From NCBI GenBank assembly GCA_050084985.1, contig JBITNC010000001.1, positions 138,136,001-138,200,000 of the forward strand: 64,000 nucleotides of DNA. The letters are read 5' to 3'. The notes beneath the pieces are model-generated. The model saw only the letters and a list, made by a program, of their open reading frames with translations, ran no database searches and was not told the DNA's origin. Each line of letters begins with the position of its first letter. Position 1 is the first letter of the stretch. The translations under genes and the position numbers were made by a program. Shown here in pieces: positions 63,101 through 64,000 of this stretch. The stretch comes from Nageia nagi (Eukaryota; Plantae; Pinophyta).

Positions 63101-64000
63101 ATGGAGTGGATTTTGAGGAGACATTTGCACCGGTTGCAAGACAAGAAACAATCAGATTGGCACTCTCTTTGGCAGCAAGTAAGGGTTGGACAGTCCAACA
63201 CATGGATGTGAAAAGTGCATTTTTGAATGGTGACATCAATGAAGAGGTGTATGTAGCACAACCTCAAGGTTTTGAGGTTTCAGGAAGAGAAGACCATGTA
63301 TACAAGCTCAAGAAGGCACTATATGGGCTGAAGCAAGCTCCAAGAGCTTGGTATACAAGAATTGATGAATACTTCAAAAGTGTGGGTTTTCAAAGAAGTG
63401 TAAGTGAACCTACCTTGTATTTTAAGAAAAGTGCTACTGATATATTGATTGTTTGCTTGTATGTAGATGATTAGATATTCATGGGCAGCAATAAGAAGAT
63501 GAATGAAGAGTTCAAAACTCATATGATGGCTGAGTTTGACATGAAAGATCTTGGTTTGATGAGCTACTTTCTTGGCTTGGAGGTGCATCAAACGCAAGAT
63601 GAAATCTTTGTGTCTCAATCCAAATATGCAAGAGACATGCTCAAAAGATTCAAAATGGACAATTGCACACCTGTAGCAACACCTATAGCCCATGGAGAAC
63701 ACCTTTGCAAGGAGGATGGAGAACCAAAAGTTGACAAAAAGCAATATAGGAGCATTGTTGGCAGTCTTATGTTTTTGACAAACATAAGACCGGATTTGCA
63801 ATTTAGTATATCTTTGGTGGCAAGATACATGAGTGATCCATCTGCTATACATCTCAAGGTAGCGAAAAGAATACTAAGGTATGTGAAGGGAACCATTGAT
63901 TATGGAATACATTATACATGTGATTCCAAGCTCCAACTCACAGGTTTCAGTGATAGTGATTGGGGCAGCGATTTGGATGATAGAAAGAGCACAAGTGGGA
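60145..64000 (+). pseudogene. Ty1/Copia gag-pol polyprotein, single frame with 3 premature stops, continues beyond window
   Basis: [98 protein letters not shown]; stops at 60451, 60538, 63472. Confidence 0.97.

Noticed and set aside
60451-63474. Programmed stop-codon readthrough in the Copia polyprotein
   Set aside because: The stops fall inside conserved gag and RT motifs, not at a gag/pol boundary, and are explained by single substitutions.
63319-63896. Minus-strand ORFs of 177 and 93 aa
   Set aside because: They are antisense to Copia RT, which continues in frame on the + strand.

Overview
AT-rich, repeat-dense plant nuclear DNA. A 27-kb intron and the element families suggest a large-genome seed plant, probably a gymnosperm (inference). 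The only host gene is a + strand CstF-64 (cleavage stimulation factor 64) homologue. Nine coding exons lie between 3523 and 35593, all with GT-AG boundaries and consistent phases; the first coding exon(s) lie upstream of the window. Its 27,235-bp intron (3698-30932) is a nested stack of transposons: a Copia remnant, two solo LTRs with target-site duplications (TSDs), a complete 3.8-kb hAT element with an 8-bp TSD, a split hAT-type MITE, a 5'-truncated L1-type LINE, and a ~7-kb LTR-like unit. That unit carries an array of hairpin repeats and a decayed ~1200-codon accessory gene. Downstream of the gene are accessory-ORF relics, Gypsy fragments, an internally deleted chromovirus, a non-coding Copia-type element, an ORF-less relative of the 7-kb unit, the 3' end of a second hAT element, and a young Ty1/Copia element that runs off the window. 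The best novelty candidate is the apparent giant solo LTR with its own promoter and gene inside U3 (17484-30265).
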